In this document: piece after piece, positions 1 through 14,042 of the stretch
Layout: every line of letters begins with the position of its first letter
How positions within the stretch are numbered: the first letter of the stretch is position 1
Source of the DNA: Epiperipatus broadwayi
Taxonomy: Eukaryota > Animalia > Onychophora
Length of the DNA: 64,000 nucleotides
NCBI GenBank assembly: GCA_028023455.1
Contig: JAQFVV010000009.1
Coordinates: 15,934,001-15,998,000 of the forward strand
Reading direction: 5' to 3'
Program-made: the position numbers and the translations under genes
Notes under the pieces: generated by a model
Databases searched by the model: none
What the model was told of the DNA's origin: nothing
The model's input: the letters and a program-made list of their open reading frames with translations, nothing else

Positions 1-1
1 C

Positions 2-166
2 AATTATAACGAAAAACATTCATTAATCCCAACATCATTATTAGATGAAATAATGGAAGATGATGTTATGCCCACAGGAAGTGATCCAATGATGAGTTCT
101 CTAACAAACCAGTCACCATTTTCAGATGAGAATTTATCTCATGACAGTATTGATTTGTTACCATGA
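2..166 (+). CDS. 3'-terminal coding segment (partial, runs off the window start) of a probable MiT/TFE-family bHLH-Zip transcription factor (MITF/TFEB-like C-terminus)
   Basis: Open frame NYNEKHSLIPTSLLDEIMEDDVMPTGSDPMMSSLTNQSPFSDENLSHDSIDLLP* ending at TGA 164-166. LDEIMEDD..PTGSDPMMSS resembles the recalled MITF/TFE C-terminal motif (LEDILMDD...DPLLSS). The similarity is short and no bHLH domain is in the window. Confidence 0.55.
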   Translation, partial: NYNEKHSLIPTSLLDEIMEDDVMPTGSDPMMSSLTNQSPFSDENLSHDSIDLLP

Positions 167-1868
167 TAAGTTCACCATGAAAATATTTATGAAAGCTATT
201 GCATGCTAAGTGGTTTATCTAACTGCTTCACATTAACTTTTGCTTGACTTTGCAAGCTCAATATGTAACTACTGACTATTATTTGTACAGTGAAATGCAT
301 CTTGGTTAGATGCTAGAATATGTTTTTCTTGAACTGTGGCTGGCCCACAAGATATACTTTTAATATTATATTGTTTTTAAATTTAGACTTAATTTGAGGA
401 TTATTATATAATCCCATTTAAAGTAAAAGGTGGGCCATATATGAGTTATAATCATACCCATGAATTATGCACTTATTGTAAATGATTGTCAGTTGTTATT
501 ACTCAAACTGAAAGATTATATTATTTTAATGGAACAAATCTGTTTATTATACAACTTTACAAATAAATGTGCCTTATTTAAAAACGGACCTTTTTTATAA
601 ATTGAAGCTTTCAGACGGCATTTAATATAAGAAGAATAATGGAATTAGGAGATAATAAATAATACAAGACTAATACCTAGACATTAAAACTTCAAATGAA
701 AGCTTTTATTCTTATGTTATAATTCTTGTTATTGATAGAAATGCTTTGAGGATTTCAAAGTCTTCAGTTTATTAAAAAAAAAAAACCCACCAAAAACTTT
801 TTGGTTTGGAGTTTTGTTATCTAGTATTATTTTTTTATTATAATAACTGAATTTTGAAATTAATAACATCTTAGAATACAATCGCCCCACCCCCAAATTA
901 ATTATTGTCATTCACTAATAAAAAAATACAAAGAATGAACTCTACATATTTAATACTGCACTGTAGTCTATTATGTGATAAAATTAAAATTTAAATTACT
1001 ACTAAAAAAAAAACCCAACAGTCTAGAAAATTGGAAAATCTAAGATTAAATAGGTAAACTTTTATTAGAAGTGTGTTTAGCTGATTCTACTTCTCAGTTT
1101 GCAGTTTGTTGAAGTAAGAATTAAAAAATAGTTATGTAAATGTTTGCTTTTGAAAAACTTGAATAAATAAGGAGAATGATTGGATTTTGAAATTTTTTTT
1201 TGGAGAATAATAAAGATAAGATCAGAACAAATAAAAAAAAATGGATATAATGGAATTATATGATTGTTTTGAAGAGATTACAAAAACTAAAAAGAAATGA
1301 AGGGAAATAATAGAAAAATTTTTGTAGTTTAAAGAAAATGGTTTGGAATCATGTATGGGATTTTGTTACCTACAGCAATACTTATTATTGTATGTAAGTT
1401 ACACTCTCTTTGAAGACAGATTAACTTAACTAGGCAAAAGCATTCTATGATCAAGCTATAATATTTGATCACCATCAATGATAATTCGGCAATTATGCTA
1501 ATCTCTTAGCATGACTTTATGCTAATCATACTACAAAATTTAATGAGTCTAAATAATAAAATAAATGAAACAGAAGATTAGTAATGAATAATAAAGTGAG
1601 TCATGGCATAAAACTATAATATATTATTATATTATAAATGACAAGAAACATAGTACTCTTTTATGGAGAAGATTAATTAACCCATGTATCATATATTTTC
1701 ATTGTAATATTTGTTCAAATTGTCAAGAAATAAACATGAGATAAAAACATGTTTACTTCTTACAAATTTTGTAGAATGACATGAAAATATTTAAAATGTA
1801 TGACAGAGATATAATTTACTTATGGATATTCTCTGATTAAATAGAATGAGGATTTGAAGTAAACATTA

Positions 1869-2753
1869 CTAGGGGCGACCCAAAAATAACTGGAATTTTC
1901 TAATAAAAATTGTATAATTATTTTTGGTATTGCAAATTGAATCACTTTCAAAGTATAGTCTATTTAATGCAACACACCACTTTAAAAGTATTTTTTACTT
2001 TTCGAAGTAATCAGAAACACTTGCAAAGTGACGCATTTTAATGCTGCAGTGTTTTTTTTTTTTCACCACTTCTAAGTCTGCAAAAAAAAAAAAAAAAAGA
2101 CAATTTTTTATTCGAGATATTAAAAAGTTGCACAGAATGAAATCGAACAAATGTGGCTGATGGATAAGCTGAGTCATGCTGAATTTAATTAGCACCCAAG
2201 CTATGTGCGATAACTGCCCTGTCATGATGAAACATACACTTGTCACAAAATGGGATGTTTATGTTTTACTGCAATATGTAAAAGTTTCAGAACTTGTAGG
2301 TTTTAAATGCCTGATCACTATGAAGGAAATCTGAGTGAACAATCAATCGCCAGTTTCATCTAAAAAAAAAAAAAGCATCATTTTGACATTTGACTTCACT
2401 TGTCATGCTTTTTTGGGACATGGTAAATTTAACACTTCTATTAAACCACATGTGAACTTGTGTTTTTCCAGAGCAACTTGCTTGTCAAGCTCTTTCAAGC
2501 ATTACAACTGTTTTACCTGCTGTTTCCCTAAAAAAAAAAAAAACCAGAATTTTATGTTGTTCCAACTTTTCGGCCTTTACAAAAATCAACAAATACATGA
2601 ATGTGCTATGTGTGACCATGATTTCACATGTTGACATCATTTGCCAAATTGATGCAGAAGAGTCCCCGCAAGAGATATCTAGAAGCAGAAGCATTTACTA
2701 CAATAAATGTGGCTATCAGAGAATGATTTTGGTTATTTTTGGGTCCCCTTTCA
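1869..2753 (-). mobile_element. Decayed, internally deleted mariner (Tc1/mariner) transposon
   Basis: Terminal inverted repeats ctaggggcgacccaaaaataac (1869-1890) and ggttatttttgggtcccctttca (2731-2753), each flanked by TA. Minus-strand remnants EQHKILV..GKTVVML..A..SGKTQVHMWFNR (HTH) and IHQPHLFDFILCNF..R (YSPDLAPCDF-like), with stops and frameshifts. Confidence 0.8.
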
Positions 2754-4360
2754 TATTAATATCTTTAACAAATTTTAGGAGGAAATTTTATTATGATTCC
2801 AAAATATATTTTGTTGCTTATAAATATTACTTTACAAAATTTTCAAATATTTAAAAACTTACTAATAGTTTTTCTTTTTCTGCTTGACTTATGTTTCATT
2901 AATAACAACTATTTTATAAATTAAAAAGATTTTTAAAAAAGATGAAAAATTATTTTATGGTTTGTTGAAATTATATTTTTTTAAAAAAGGGATTATTCAA
3001 TGTTTTGTTTATTTTATAGAGATGTAGACAGGAAAAGAGAAGAGAAAAGAAAGATGGATTTGGAGGAATCATAAAAATAAATTGAAAGGATAAGATTAAT
3101 GGAAAAATTAGATTAGATTTTGAAACAATGGAATTATGAAAAATATTTTGAAAGAGATTGAAGGTCAAAACAAAAAAAAATATTAAGGAAGAAATTAATA
3201 AAATTTAAGGAGCTAAAGTAGTTAAGAATATTTAAAAATTAGCAATGGATAGAAATTGATCTGATTTAGTGAGATCTGGTTTTTAGAAATTACTAATTGC
3301 AGTCATGATTATTTTCAAGAGATCCCTCTGCTATTATCTATTATAATAGAGCTCTTCAATAGTGGGAGTATAAGTTGCTTTTTCAAAAGTAAAAAAATAA
3401 ATATATTTTTAAGATTGTTCCCACTATAAAAACAAAGTGAGACTGTGTGAATAATCTCAGATCTGTACAATAAGTAAAATAGATAAAATTAGATCATTTG
3501 AATATATGAATAAATAATGATAGAAATCATAAAAAAAAAAAATCAAGAATATAAATGGGATGTATTTGGGGAAGATGGGATCATATCTGAAGACAAATAT
3601 AATCAATGAAAGAAAATAAAGATATTTAGATGCTCTGTTTGATTTAGTGAAGTAAAAATATCTGACTCCAGGATCTATGATTTTCAGATCAATTCCAGTG
3701 TTGGCAGTTCCGACCCTCGAATTTCATATGAACTCCTGAGTAATAAAATCACTAGATTACTTATTTATTTTGAGATATTTAAATATTCTTGCAATTGAGT
3801 ATAGAAAGATGAAAATATTAGAATTTTTAAAAACTGAATGAAAAAAAGATTATTTGAATCGAAAAAGAATTGTAGTGGATTATGTTCTTAAAGAGATCAA
3901 GGTTTATTAAAAAAAAAAAAGGTGTCAAAGAGTGCAAGTATAGATGAAATGTATAATAATAATGGGCATTAAATGATAAATGATGAGGTTTTATTTTAAC
4001 AACTGTTTTTAAACAAAAGGTATCACTAAACCACTTTTGCTTCTTTAATATATATCTTAACATTATCTTATTTAGTTATGACTATTTAAATAAGATTAAA
4101 ATATATTTACTATACAAATATTGTATTTTCAAGTAAGTTAATTGTAGTTCTACAATTAATAAATCAAAAGCCTTTATTTTCATATATTTATTTTCTATTC
4201 ATGAAATATTAATTTATTAATGCTTACCATTTTCCATATTAATGTTAATTTTTTTGATGTATTTTGTGTCTCAATTTAATGACTTCAATATTAATTTCAA
4301 ATATAAAAATACTTTAATCAAATATTTAAAAATTTTTTTGTAGAAAGTAAATATGAATTC

Positions 4361-4740
4361 TTAATCTTGTATCAAATATTGTAGTTTATTTTCAAACTGT
4401 TTATCAGCCATTTTGCTGGCTGACACTTCATTCTGCAATCCGTCCAACTGTTCTTGAAAAGATCCGTTTAAGATATGAAATGGTGAAGAGGGTAGAGAAA
4501 CTGGACTATGACTATCACTAGATGGTTCCAGCCATTTTTGCAGTTTCTGCAGAAACATTTCTGACTGTTGTTTCTCAAAACAAATAAAAGTTTTTAATTG
4601 ATGGCATGCTTGTTTAGTTGTGTAATTGACCGGGGATGTGTCATCTACTTTAAAATACAATTTACTCGGATTATGTTCTTCAAAATAAATGTCAGGAGTT
4701 GATGATTTTCTTTTCTTTGCTCGGGCATCATTAGGTGAAT
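4361..4740 (-). CDS. MCM3AP: MCM3AP/GANP terminal coding exon
   Basis: Acceptor ttttatttatAG, phase 1. Encodes (D)SPNDARAKKRKSS...LKTFICFEKQQSEMFLQKLQKWLE...LDGLQNEVSASKMADKQFENKLQYLIQD* (TAA 4363-4361). Matches recalled GANP C-terminal motifs (LLLEKEENKRFEDQLQQWL; LKHLERLIRSSREEE). Confidence 0.88.
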
Positions 4741-7700
4741 CTATAAATAAAAACATAAATTGCATAGATAAATATATTATTTTCAGTTTAAAATAAAAAA
4801 TAATCTATCGAATATAAAAGTGATTTAATAAACAATATTATAAATTTTAGTGCATTTGATTGAATTATTTTAATATTATTATATAATATTAGTAATATTC
4901 TGGGAATCAACTGCCAAAGCAATCAATTCAAAAACATAATGGATTTCTAGTAGACTTCAATTCTATAAAACACATGATAAGAAACCAAGATTTGAAGTTT
5001 GATCTATCATATCTTTAAGTTGATTGATTTGGCTGTGAATTCTCTTACCTATACTTACATTGTTTTGTCAACAACCTTTATCATATAAAGCAATGGTATC
5101 AATAAAATCAATTATATAAATATTTTTTGCATATCTGCAATAATACATTCATCTTTGGAATTTAATTATTAAGAGCACATTTAGTTAAAAAATTTATGAC
5201 AAGATATTCTCTTATAAAGTTGACAGATTTTTAAAATCATAAAGTGAAATATTCGAAACAAAAGAAAAGATCAATATTAAACAATGAAATATATATTTTA
5301 AAGCTATAATATTAATGCAGTTTCCTATATTTGGAGATAAACAATAATATTAATTACAAAAAAATAAGATATTTTTTATTACTTAATTCATTATATAAAA
5401 AAAAAACTTTTGATGAATAAGACTGTACTGTATTCTTCTTGTAGATGACCACACAACATTAAGATTAAACCATTATTATTTAACAGAATATAATAAATTT
5501 AACTTCATTTGATAGATATTTTTATTTACAAATGAAGTAAAGTCTAAATAATCATATTTGATTTTTGAACATGTTAAAAAAAATTACATTGTAATCAAAA
5601 CAATAAATGTTTCATTATTGCTGGGAAGAAAATTCTCAGAAAACAAATAAATCTTAGGCATTCCACAAATCAAATTATATTTTAAAAGTAAATTTTTTTT
5701 ATAGGATAGAGTTTTTAAATATTTTCTCTTACTGCACTTATGAATTAAGAGCTTGTTTGAGCTACTGGTATGCTCTCTATATTATATATTTGTAAATATA
5801 AGCTTATAAAAGCAATGTCACATTATGTATGACTTGCTTTATTGATTACTATAACAATTTATATTCTTGATTTTTTAATAATAATTACACAATTATTGTA
5901 CAAAAACTAATTGTGAATTTTAATAAACTGGCAAATCAAGTTTTTTGTTATCCAAACTATTTTCTCCAAGTAATGTAAAAATTGGTAATATCAGAAAGAC
6001 AATAGATACTTATCAAAGCAGAAGCTTAATGTTTTTTATGTTGTTGAATTTTCATTTATCTTTCCATCTTTGGATTTTTTTTGGAATTAAAACTTTAGAA
6101 TAATATATTGTAACAGTATGGAAAATAGGAGTTAATAAGAGAATCTGAGGTTAAAATGTTCCACAATTGGATAGCCATTTGTAACAATACACTACATTAG
6201 GACAGAACTATGAGAAGGAAAACCATCATCATCCCCAAATAAAATATAAATTTAATATAAAAGGAATGAGCATGAGAGCTCAGCACAGAACTAACTATAA
6301 ATTCACCAGCATTACACAAAAGTAATAATCATTTATCATCATGAATGATTAACAATAAATCAGTCAATTTTGTGACTGGATTTGAAGTGGGTTTACTACA
6401 GACCAGGGTAATTATTTAACCACTGCTAAATCTAGGGCAGGAATACACACTATCTGCATGCACATATTTAAGTTCTATTTCATCAAAAAACAAACATAAG
6501 TCAATACTGAGATATCATCAATGCTCTGACCACTTAGCACCATTAATGTACTGGCCAACTATAAAGTAAATTTCTAAAGAAATAAATAAAATGAAATGTA
6601 GTGCATGAACTTTAAAGAATATCTTGCACCAACCAGAATCATCATCATCTGGATGCCCACATCTAGATCAGTAAGCAAGATCTCTATGAACTATTATTGT
6701 CGCAGCAAGAGATAAATAAATAAAGCAGATTATAATCACTTTAAATAATTCCTAGGTTTACCCTACTATAAGTAAATAGTTTTATTGGAATCATTAAAAA
6801 AAATCCTAGAACACTAAGCTGTCATGAAATAAGGTCATATACACTGTAATTTATGAAACAGGAATTGGATAGAATAAAGAAATTAAGACTAAAAAATATA
6901 TTTTTAAAACAATTATTTAATAACTAATTGATAAACAATAAACCAACAAAAAAAATAACATGATAGTATGAAATTTTAAGCATTCATTTCATCCAAAAAA
7001 TTATTTTCATAAAAATTATAATCAGTGGATTTCTATTCATAAATTAACTTTTAATTAATTAAGTGTTGGGAAAACAACATTTTCAAAATCAAAGATAATC
7101 TTTGATTTAGCTTAATTAATCTTTTTTTTTATTTTCAGGAGGGAAAATCAAGAAAAAAAGAGGAAAAACATGTTTCCAAAAAACTAATTTAAATTTATAA
7201 AAAATTAGTTTTTTTTTTTCACAATTTAAAACTATTAATGAAAATATTTAAAATTATCAAAAATTCTTACAAAAACACAAAAAAAATCTTTTTTTTATAT
7301 TATACATGAAAATTTAGTATGCATACATTAAATACCTTTAACCATGATTTGATTCTTCTGTAAGGTTCTTGCCAATTATAATTTCCAGTTATTTTCTTCT
7401 TGAAGACTTCTACACATGTACATGGTCAATTTGTTCTTTTCTTGGTTTGCAGTAATTCCAAATTAAAAAATAGCAAATTTCATTCATTTCTTTCCACTAA
7501 AACTTCCAGGTGAGACTAGTGCAGACAAAGACTTATATGCTCTTGGTTGAAGATAAGATTGCAGATTACTGTAGGTGGTAACTTCCTCTTTACATTTTTA
7601 CTCCAGTGAAGGCAGGGTACATGGAGGAAGATGATGTCTAGATTTTAACTGAATTTAGCACATGATTTTCATTGTACAAACCATTTTTATGATTAAACCC

Positions 7701-9549
7701 ATAGTATGCTAAAAGCTTGATTAAAATTTCTGCTATTCTATGCAATAGCTTAATAAAGACTTCTGCTTCTTTCTTTATGAGTCATTTGAGTCTTCTAATC
7801 TATTCACACCCCCATTATTTTTTTCTAAAACAATCACGACTACAAGCGAATCATAATCCGTCTCTTACATGATAATTTTTTATAATAAATATTAGATACA
7901 TGTTTATAAATACAATTGTTCGACCATTTCTCTCCTTAATTATAGATATTCAAAATACGTCAAGAACTTAAAATAACATCATAAAATTGTTGGCATTCCT
8001 TTCTAATTAAAAGCAAGATAATCAGTTACTTGTACTGATTTGATTTTTTTTTGCATTGAAGAGATAAAGAAAAAAAATAACTGACTAATTAAAAATAAAA
8101 TTTACCAAACTATTAAAATATTATTTTATTTTTTTAAAAAAATACTCTATAAAACTTTATCTCTCTTTTAAGATTAAAATTAATATCTATTAAATAATTT
8201 ACAAAAAAGAGAAAATTATTTTCTCTTAATACATTTTTTTTAAAAAAAAGAAAAAAGCAACTGATAAATAAAATTATTGAAGAGAGAAAACAAAAGAAAT
8301 TATTTATGTTTTATACTTTTCTCTCCTACCAACATCTACACTTTACAATATTTATTAAAATATGCAGGTTATAATTATTTTAAAAAAAAGATTTGACAAT
8401 TATTAAAAAAAATTGTGTAGAATGTTGCTACTATTATGTGGAAAGAAAAATTAAATATTTTCCCCATTAGATCATGCTGCCAACTATCTAATTATTTTTA
8501 ATGTGATCACATAGTCAATAACTGGTTACAATATATATGATATAAAACATTTTAAAAATAGTTTGTGAAAAATCTAGATGGCAAAGAATTTCAGAAACGA
8601 ATTACTTTGTACGATACTAACAAAAAGCTATAAATTGATATAGTCTTTATTATTGAATAATAATAAGTATAAATACATAATTCAATTAGCGAATGGCATG
8701 GTTTAGCAAATAACTGATCTTCCATTTAAATAATTACTAAAAATTATATAACAACAAGAAGAAAAACAACTCTTGATATATTCTAAGGATATAAAGAATG
8801 AAAAAACCTGATCAATTGTACTCCTTCAATAGATTATATTTACACCATCTTATTCTAATTTTTTTGCCAAACAATTTATGATAATACATGGGCAGTATTA
8901 AATATATAAGTAAAATAAATTCTAAATCAAATTTACAATAAGATTCTAAAACTGGAGGCAATCCTGTTCAAATCAGGACATTTGACAATCCTGTTTTAAT
9001 AACACTCCTAGAAATTATATTTGCAGGTGAAACTAAATTTTGTTTTTACTTTCTAATAATAAATAAACAGTAAGGTGATTTTTTATTTTTAATATGCATA
9101 TTTATTTGTTTTTTCTTTTATCTAAATGCTACATTTCTAAAAAGAACATTTTAAAGTTGCTAAATCTAAAAGAAATGTTGGAATTTAACAACATTTTTAT
9201 AAAAGTATTGTTATCAATTAGCCTATCTGTTTACCTTCAATCTTTGAATTTTGTGAAAAAATGAAGGACTTCTTTTTTAAGATTAATATGCATGGGTAAA
9301 CCTTTTAAAAAAAATAACCTGAGTTAATTGCAGATAGATAAATACTGAAAAAGTAAATCTTGGAAAAAAATTAGATATCACTGCTAAGGACCTCCCCACC
9401 AAATTAAAAATATATATAGCTTATTTTGAATAAACTATTCTAATAGTAGAGCATGATAATGACTTTAACATAGTGAAATATTCCCCAAAAAAAAAATGCT
9501 ACTAAAAAATTATTTATATTAGTACTAGGAATCATATACTATTAATTTG

Positions 9550-11430
9550 AACCATTATTGATCTACTGCAGAATGAAGGACTCTCCAAGTTTAATCCATA
9601 TCCGATCTTTAGTCTTTCTTCTCCCCACCACTCCAGCACACTTCCTTATTTCATCCATCCAGCTCACATATAGTCTTTTTCTAGGTCTTTTACAATCTCT
9701 TGGAATCTAGTTTAAGATTTCAACTGTCCATTTATTATCATCCCTTCTAGCAATATGCCCAACTCCAATTCAGTTTCTTAATTCTTTCAATGATGTCAAT
9801 AACAACTGTTTGTTCTCTCACTCATGTTTTTCATTTTTGATCTCTTCTTGTTATTTCTATCATGCATCTCTCCATACTTCCTTGAGTGGTTTGAAGTCTG
9901 TATTGCTCTTCTGTTAAGTGTCCAAGTCTCAGATTCATAAATAAGAACTGGTAAAACACATTTATTAAAAATCTTTTTCAAACACGTAGGCACATTTCCT
10001 TTTAATATTGTTATTTCTACTAAAAGCACTCCAACCAAGTTTAATTCTATGATTAATTTCATCCATTATGTTTGTAGTAATAATTTGATTAAGGTATTTG
10101 TAGTTGGGCATATTTTCTTTTAATATTAACTTATTTCTACCAAAAGCACTCCAAACAAGTTTAATTCTATGATTAATTTCATCCATTATGTTTTCGTCTG
10201 TAGTAATAATTTGACCAAGATATTTGTAGTTGTTAACTTCTTCTAACTCATCATTATCAATCTTTATTTCTATCTTTTAAAAAAATCCACTGAATATTAC
10301 TTTAGTCTTTTTCATATTTATTTTTAATCCTACTTTCTTACTTTCATTGGATAACTCCTGCAACATTTCCTGCCGCTCTAAAGCATTATTTGCAAAAACA
10401 ACTACACCATCAGCAAAATCTAGATGACTTAAATAATATTTATTTACTTTACTCCCTTGGCTTCCATTTTAATCCAAAAAATATTTTTTGCAAAACTGCT
10501 GTAAAAAGTTTTGGAGATATGGAATCACCATATCATACACACATTTCAATGTTAATTTTTTTTAGTTTCATTATATAATCTAATTGTTGCTGTTGCATTT
10601 TTATAAATACTCTTCAGAATATGACATATTCTGGGTCTATAACCTGATGACCTAATACTTTAATTACTGAAAAAATGCTTATAGAATCAAATGCCTTTTC
10701 ATAATCTATAAATCCAAAGCATAATGGCAACTCATATTCATTGGTCCTTTCTATAACTTCTCTCAATACATGGATGTGATCCACTATACTAAAACCACTC
10801 TTAAATCCAGCTTGTTCTTTTGGTTGGTTAAAATCCAAAGTTTGCTGTAGATGACTTGTAATTATTTTAGTAAAAATTTTGTATAGAACTGATAAATCTT
10901 TATCATTTAGACATTTGGTATATAACTTTGCCAACATTTTTTCTATTTCTTCACCTGCTTCTTTTAAGATATTGATTATAAATTCCATCATTACCTGGAG
11001 TTTTTCCCATCTTCATAAATTTAATTGCATGTCTCACTTCTTCATTTAAAATTCTGGGCAATTCGCAAGATGTAATAGATGTAGAAAGTACTTGTTCTTT
11101 ATTACTATATAATTCTTGATAGAAGTCTTCTACCCATTTCATGATGTCATCTCTCTTTTTTAATAATAGTTCCATCTTTTTTTCTTATTACAGAAATAAG
11201 TTTCCTACCAATACCAAGATGTTGTTTTACAATCTTACAACTTTTATCCTCTCCTATAACTTTCCTTGCTAATTTACAGTTATACTTTCTTATATCATTA
11301 TCAACTCTTTTTCACACCACTTTACAAAATTTGAGATATTCAATCCTTCTTCATCATTTTCATACTCCTTCTTTTCCTGTCTCGGAAGAAATTTTACTGG
11401 CCAATTGCTGCTTTTTTTGTATCAGCTACG
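9550..11430 (-). mobile_element. 5'-truncated, decayed RTE-clade LINE (RT domain and 3' end)
   Basis: Minus-strand remnants QPKEQAGFKSGFSIVDHI, FIDYEKAFDS, SHLDFADG, CVLPVLIYESETW and WMDEIRKCAG..KLGESFILQ. Many stops and frameshifts. Contains an internal duplication of about 120 bp at about 10000-10230. Confidence 0.9.
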
Positions 11431-11515
11431 TTTGTTGTAGTTTTTACTTTTATAAATACAAATGAAAACTAATTTAGACACAAAAACGTTTATAATTACT
11501 TAACGAAGTGTTTAC

Positions 11516-11600
11516 CTGTACTTCCAGCTTCAATCCATGATAATGGAAATCTGAACTGCTTCATGTTTTCTTCTCGGTAGAAGATACAAAGCTCTTGCTC
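11516..11600 (-). CDS. MCM3AP: MCM3AP/GANP internal exon (85 nt, phase 0/1)
   Basis: ttttacAG|...|GTaaac. Encodes EQELCIFYREENMKQFRFPLSWIEAGST, similar to GANP [24 protein letters not shown]. Phases match both neighbouring exons. Confidence 0.9.
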
Positions 11601-12960
11601 CTGTAAAATTTTAAATATAAACAATCATCAAGCCTGTTGATTTGAAAAAATGATGGATATATATATAAGGGAAATCAGAGAAGACAAAAAAATTCTTAAA
11701 ATTTCTAAATCATTACTATATTTTGATTGAAGGTAGATTTTTCTGCCTTTCTTTTCTAAAACAGTATTGGTGTTAAATGTTTGATGTGTATCTTTTTAAA
11801 ATCATTGATTATTTCTTTTTTTACCTATCCATTTTATTATATTAATTTTATGTTAATGCAGTTATTTTGTATTTTTTTTTTAAAACAATAATATTTCCAA
11901 CTTATTTGATTTTTTTTTATTCACACATTTCAAAAATAGTGCATATCTCTTTCATAAATGGCATAGTTCAAACTTAGTCTTTTTCAGCGATTCATACTTT
12001 TTTATTATTAAAAAAAGGTTAAGATGCTGCTATCTTATTCCTTTCCAATTTTTTTCATTTAAAAAACTTTCTAAGTATTTAAAACTATACATTTATTTTA
12101 TTAAATTATTACCTAATTTTTACTTGAAGCTTATTACAATCTTATATTTTTACCGTTCTTTTTTTTTCTTTTCAAATTGCTCTTTTTCTTTATGTATATT
12201 CAATCGAATACTCATTTATCTTTTCTGTGAAGAGATATTAAAAAGATGATAAACAGTATTCCAACTTGCTATTCAAGTCCATATCATCAGACAAATCTTC
12301 TAACCTAAAAGATAACTTTGAATCGTATCTTTCTGACTGTTAACTTGACCAAACATCACTAAATTTATAAAATACATCATTGGTAAATATTGATTTAAAA
12401 TAAAAAGAAAGATAATATCGGCTTAGAGCTTTTTCTCTACATTTTAATTTTTGCTATCAGTTGCAAATTCAAATATCCACACTCATTCATTCATTATTAC
12501 ACACACATATAAAATGTGCATACAAACTTATAACTATAAAAGACTTTTACAAATATGAGCGAAGAATAACTGATGTATTTCACTTTAATAAAATTAAAAA
12601 TTCAATCCTACAATATACTTGTGTGTGCCTGTTTTTTTTTTCTTTCTAAATGAAACAATATATAAAAAAAATGACAAACTTTTTTGAACTCCATTAATTC
12701 TACTGCAAAAGCTTATATATTTATTTATTAATATCGCTTCATTAATCTTTGTTTTATTTCTGAATTATTTTTTTCAGTGACATTATTTGGTTGTTGTCTT
12801 TTTTGAAATTATATTTCTCATAGTATGTGATATAAAGCTCTTGAGGTATAATCTATCATTCACATGACCTAAGATTAAAATCTAGATAGAACTTGAAGAT
12901 TTTCTTAGGTATATTTTATGGTAATATCTCCACACTAAACTCTAATATATTTATTTCTAT

Positions 12961-13002
12961 ACTTAGCACTTTCGAAGGAACGATGCCTTCATTTTCAAAG
13001 CT
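12961..13002 (-). ncRNA. Minimal type-I hammerhead ribozyme-like motif, U3-A8 variant (inverted copy)
   Basis: Minus strand reads AGCU UUGAAAA U GAAGG caucguu CCUUC GAAA GUGCU A AGU. It is on the sense strand of the MCM3AP pre-mRNA. Confidence 0.55.
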
Positions 13003-13127
13003 GTAGATATATTCATAATTATGAGAGCATGAAAATTGGTGCATTTAGTTTAAATTGTAATAGTAATGATGTTGATTAATGTTGAGGAAGAATAATGAAG
13101 TTTTGTGAAATATTGGAATTCTGATCT

Positions 13128-13349
13128 ATTCAAGGCTGGAAGAATTATAAAAACCTGAATACTGGCCAGCTTTCTGCCATCAACCTAGGTCTTCTATTTT
13201 TTGGTTCTCTTGCTCGAATTTTTACTTCCATCCAAGAAACGGGCGATAACTTGTTAATTTTCAGCTATATTATTACTTCAGTGGTCAATGGTATGATATT
13301 TAGACAGATAATTTATTACTGGAACTCGGGTCAGATGAAAAGAGATTAA
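13128..13349 (+). pseudogene. MPDU1: Orphan 3' coding fragment of MPDU1 (mannose-P-dolichol utilization defect 1 / Lec35, PQ-loop family)
   Basis: Uninterrupted 73 codons IQGWKNYKNLNTGQLSAINLGLLFFGSLARIFTSIQETGDNLLIFSYIITSVVNGMIFRQIIYYWNSGQMKRD* carry the MPDU1 signature TGQLSA..GSLARIFTSIQETGD..YW. In-frame TGA at 13122-13124. No start codon, no good acceptor, and no other MPDU1 exons were found in the window. Confidence 0.85.
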
Positions 13350-14000
13350 AAAAACTTGAACACTGTAAAATCAAAGTTAGGAAAAAGTAGCAGAAATTTT
13401 ATTTTATTTTATTTGTATTATTTCTTTTTTTGTCACATATGGCAACAATATTGACGATATCTAATACTATATGACAAACTTTGACAGTATTTATTTTTAA
13501 TTATGATTGATTGGTTTGACTAGCCATAACGGTTGCTCCCTGCTCCCCTTTATTTTTACTTTTTACATATACTTTCTTTATTGTACAAGTGATTGTGTTG
13601 TGTTTTATTTTTTTAAAAGTACGAATGAAGAAAAAAAAAATCAGATTTGTTATGTTTTATTTATTTTAAATTATCAGGTCTAAAATATTTTTTGTATTCA
13701 TACATATATGTGCCACACATTCTGCAATATATATATATTTCTTGCTATCTTATCGTTAATAATATTTATATGAAGCAAGTAAAATTGATTTACATATGTA
13801 TATATTATAAAAAATAGCCTTATGTAAATAATAGCCATCTGAAATTCTAGCAACCTCTAGATAATTTTTGTGGGTAGATGAGATTTTTTTAAGTAATCTT
13901 ATATATATATTTTAAAAAAAAATAGCTATCTTAATTAATTATCTGACTATTAGTCAGTAAATAGAATCTAGCTATTGTTGTATTTTTAGGAGCTATCTAC

Positions 14001-14042
14001 AGCTTTGAAAATGAAGGCATCGTTCCTTCGAAAGCGCTAAGT
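14001..14042 (+). ncRNA. Minimal type-I hammerhead ribozyme-like motif, U3-A8 variant
   Basis: AGCU UUGAAAA U GAAGG caucguu CCUUC GAAA GCGCU A^AGU: 5-bp stem II, palindromic stem III AGCGCU, CUA triplet and a 3-bp stem I (GCU/AGU). Confidence 0.6.

Noticed and set aside
6660-6705. Minus-strand IVHRDLA kinase-like motif
   Set aside because: Immediately followed by a stop, with no other kinase motifs or splice context; treated as chance.
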